DNA of 64,000 bases, taken from contig JACPXM010000020.1 of assembly GCA_016196545.1 (NCBI GenBank), forward strand, positions 74,626-138,625. The letters are read 5' to 3'. Made by a program: the position numbers and the translations under genes. The first letter of the stretch is position 1. Every line of letters starts with the position of its first letter. Positions 62,605 to 64,000 of this stretch are shown in pieces. The notes beneath the pieces were generated by a model, which had not been told where the DNA came from, searched no databases, and worked only from the letters and a program-made list of their open reading frames with translations. Source of the DNA: Candidatus Omnitrophota bacterium (GTDB lineage: Bacteria > Omnitrophota > Omnitrophia > Omnitrophales > Aquincolibacteriaceae).

Positions 62605-63943
62605 TCCCATGATTCAGCCTCCCGACCCTCCCCAAAAAAATCCGATGGAAAAATTGACCATTATCCTTGCGAAGCTTTTGATTTTTTTCAAGGAACTAGG
62701 GGCCAAGGTGCTTCAAAAATATCCCATCGTGATGCAGAAAATCGAAAAATTTTCAGAGGAAAAAATTGAGCCCAAACTCCCGGCCAAGGCCAAGGATGTT
62801 GTGGCCAAGAACCGGCGTATCCTCATTTGGGCCGTTGCGCTCTTTATCTTATTTGTGCTTTTCCGCGGCTGCTTGGGTGGGGACAGGCCTTCCCTAAGTC
62901 TTGAAGATACCGTAAGCCGACAAACCGAAGCCAAGGATGCGCCCGTGGCGATTAAGGGATTTAAAGTAGGACGTTTTAATTATGAAGATTCCTTGCGTGA
63001 GCTTGGAACGATTAAAGGGGCGCTTGAATTTAAGCTGAGTTTTGAAATTCCCGGAGTTATCAGTTCCATCAATTACCGGGAAGGGGAGCGCTATGAAGAA
63101 GGGGCGCTTTTAGTCTCTCTTCGGCAGGATGATATCCTGCTGCGCTTGAAGCGCGCCCAGGCCGAGCATAATAAATTCGAAACCCAGGCCAAGATCAATG
63201 AAGAAAAAGTGAACGAGCATGAAAAACTTCTCGCCATGGGGGCCATTCCGAAGTCAACACTTGATAAAGTCAAACTGGAACATGATTCCTCCAAATATGA
63301 AGCCGAGGCTGCCAAACTGGAAATGAAAGCCAATGAGGCCATGCTTGAAAAATCGAATCTTTATGCCCCTTCGGCCGGAATGATTGGCGAGCTTTATGTC
63401 GAAGAGGGCGAGACTGTCACCCCGAATACGCTGCTGGGTTCGCATGTCATGACCGAATATGTCTATGCCGAATTTGGAGTCGTGGAGCGCGATGTTAATA
63501 AAATCGCCCTCGGCCAGAAGGCGCGCGTTTTTGTGGACGCCTATCAAGACAAGACCTTTGAAGGGGTGATAGAAAATGTTTCGCCCGTGGTTACGGGCAC
63601 AAGCCGCACGGCGACAGTCAAGGTCAGGGTTGAAAACCCGGACCGGCTGCTTTTACCCGGCATGTTCGCCCGCGTGAGTATTCTCCTTTACAACAAGAAA
63701 AACGCCTTGGTGGTCCCCACCGACGCCCTTCAAGGCCCGCAAGGGGAACAATTTATCTATGCGATTGATTCTGAAAAAAATGTTGCAGTAAAGCGCCCTG
63801 TGACAGTCGGTTACACCCGTGAAGACTATTCCCAGATTGACGCTGGCTTAAGCGACGGGGAAGTGGTTGCAGTCTCCGGGATTGAACGTCTCGAAGATGG
63901 CAAGAAAATCCGGCTTCAGGAGATTGAAGAAGCTGAAATTTAA
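62594..63943 (+). CDS. efflux RND transporter periplasmic adaptor (MFP/HlyD family)
   Basis: TM anchor 'ILIWAVALFILFVLF'. Lipoyl/hairpin/beta-barrel order: 'ISSINYREGERYEEGALLVSL', a coiled coil, 'APSAGMIGELYVEEGETV', 'LLPGMFARV'. Overlaps the TolC stop. Confidence 0.85.
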   Translation: MENNPMIQPPDPPQKNPMEKLTIILAKLLIFFKELGAKVLQKYPIVMQKIEKFSEEKIEPKLPAKAKDVVAKNRRILIWAVALFILFVLFRGCLGGDRPSLSLEDTVSRQTEAKDAPVAIKGFKVGRFNYEDSLRELGTIKGALEFKLSFEIPGVISSINYREGERYEEGALLVSLRQDDILLRLKRAQAEHNKFETQAKINEEKVNEHEKLLAMGAIPKSTLDKVKLEHDSSKYEAEAAKLEMKANEAMLEKSNLYAPSAGMIGELYVEEGETVTPNTLLGSHVMTEYVYAEFGVVERDVNKIALGQKARVFVDAYQDKTFEGVIENVSPVVTGTSRTATVKVRVENPDRLLLPGMFARVSILLYNKKNALVVPTDALQGPQGEQFIYAIDSEKNVAVKRPVTVGYTREDYSQIDAGLSDGEVVAVSGIERLEDGKKIRLQEIEEAEI

Positions 63944-63955
63944 TACTCTCCTCCC

Positions 63956-64000
63956 ATGAGTTTACCCCAATTTGCGGTACGGCAAAAAGTTACAGTGGTC
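63956..64000 (+). CDS. efflux RND permease, N-terminal 15 codons only (continues beyond the window)
   Basis: 'MSLPQFAVRQKVTVV' resembles the usual RND N-terminus. Its position after the TolC and MFP genes supports the call. Confidence 0.55.
   Translation, partial: MSLPQFAVRQKVTVV

Noticed and set aside
1-64000. Search for a CRISPR array, cas genes, transposase/integrase genes, prophage or toxin-antitoxin/defence islands
   Set aside because: I found no regularly spaced direct repeats with unique spacers. No ORF carries DDE, tyrosine-recombinase or serine-recombinase motifs. The repeats present are short palindromes, described in the findings.

Overview
Gene-dense bacterial chromosomal segment, mostly + strand. 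I found no rRNA, CRISPR array, transposase, integrase or phage genes. All family calls come from reading the supplied translations for known motifs; no database search was possible.

Housekeeping content, left to right:
- mutM
- a complete arginine-to-putrescine route (pdaD, aguB, aguA)
- a myo-inositol-1-phosphate synthase / CDP-alcohol phosphatidyltransferase pair on the - strand
- DUF1015, then hflK and hflC
- a translationally coupled, folate-themed string (pabB, pabC, purH, folC, mnmE)
- a DAACS transporter
- class II ribonucleotide reductase (nrdJ) behind two NrdR-type boxes
- tRNA-Ser(CGA), dnaX, recR
- a glucoamylase-family/CBM9 protein, an XRE-cupin regulator and the start of a TolC/MFP/RND efflux operon

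Non-routine content:
1. One uninterrupted 11.6-kb ORF (30664/30877..42282, up to 3,872 codons). It fuses a ChaN/TraB-like domain, a class-3-FBPase-like metallophosphoesterase, a PPDK-type ATP-grasp plus phosphohistidine module that lacks the PEP/pyruvate barrel, and a GAPDH-like domain. I know of no described equivalent.
2. Two paralogous envelope-signalling modules. Each has two secreted FecR-domain proteins directly upstream of a CHASE2 sensor. One outputs through GGDEF (22548..28056). The other outputs through a histidine kinase plus CheY-like regulator, and is preceded by a small lipoprotein and a TPR/beta-barrel outer-membrane protein (49704..58175).
3. Two related palindromic repeat families. 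One sits just after stop codons. The other is inserted in-frame inside three coding regions.
4. An orphan promoter-to-terminator unit of about 180 nt (candidate sRNA or leader).
5. A neutral-ceramidase-like / C45 Ntn-hydrolase fusion protein.

The taxon cannot be assigned from this window.
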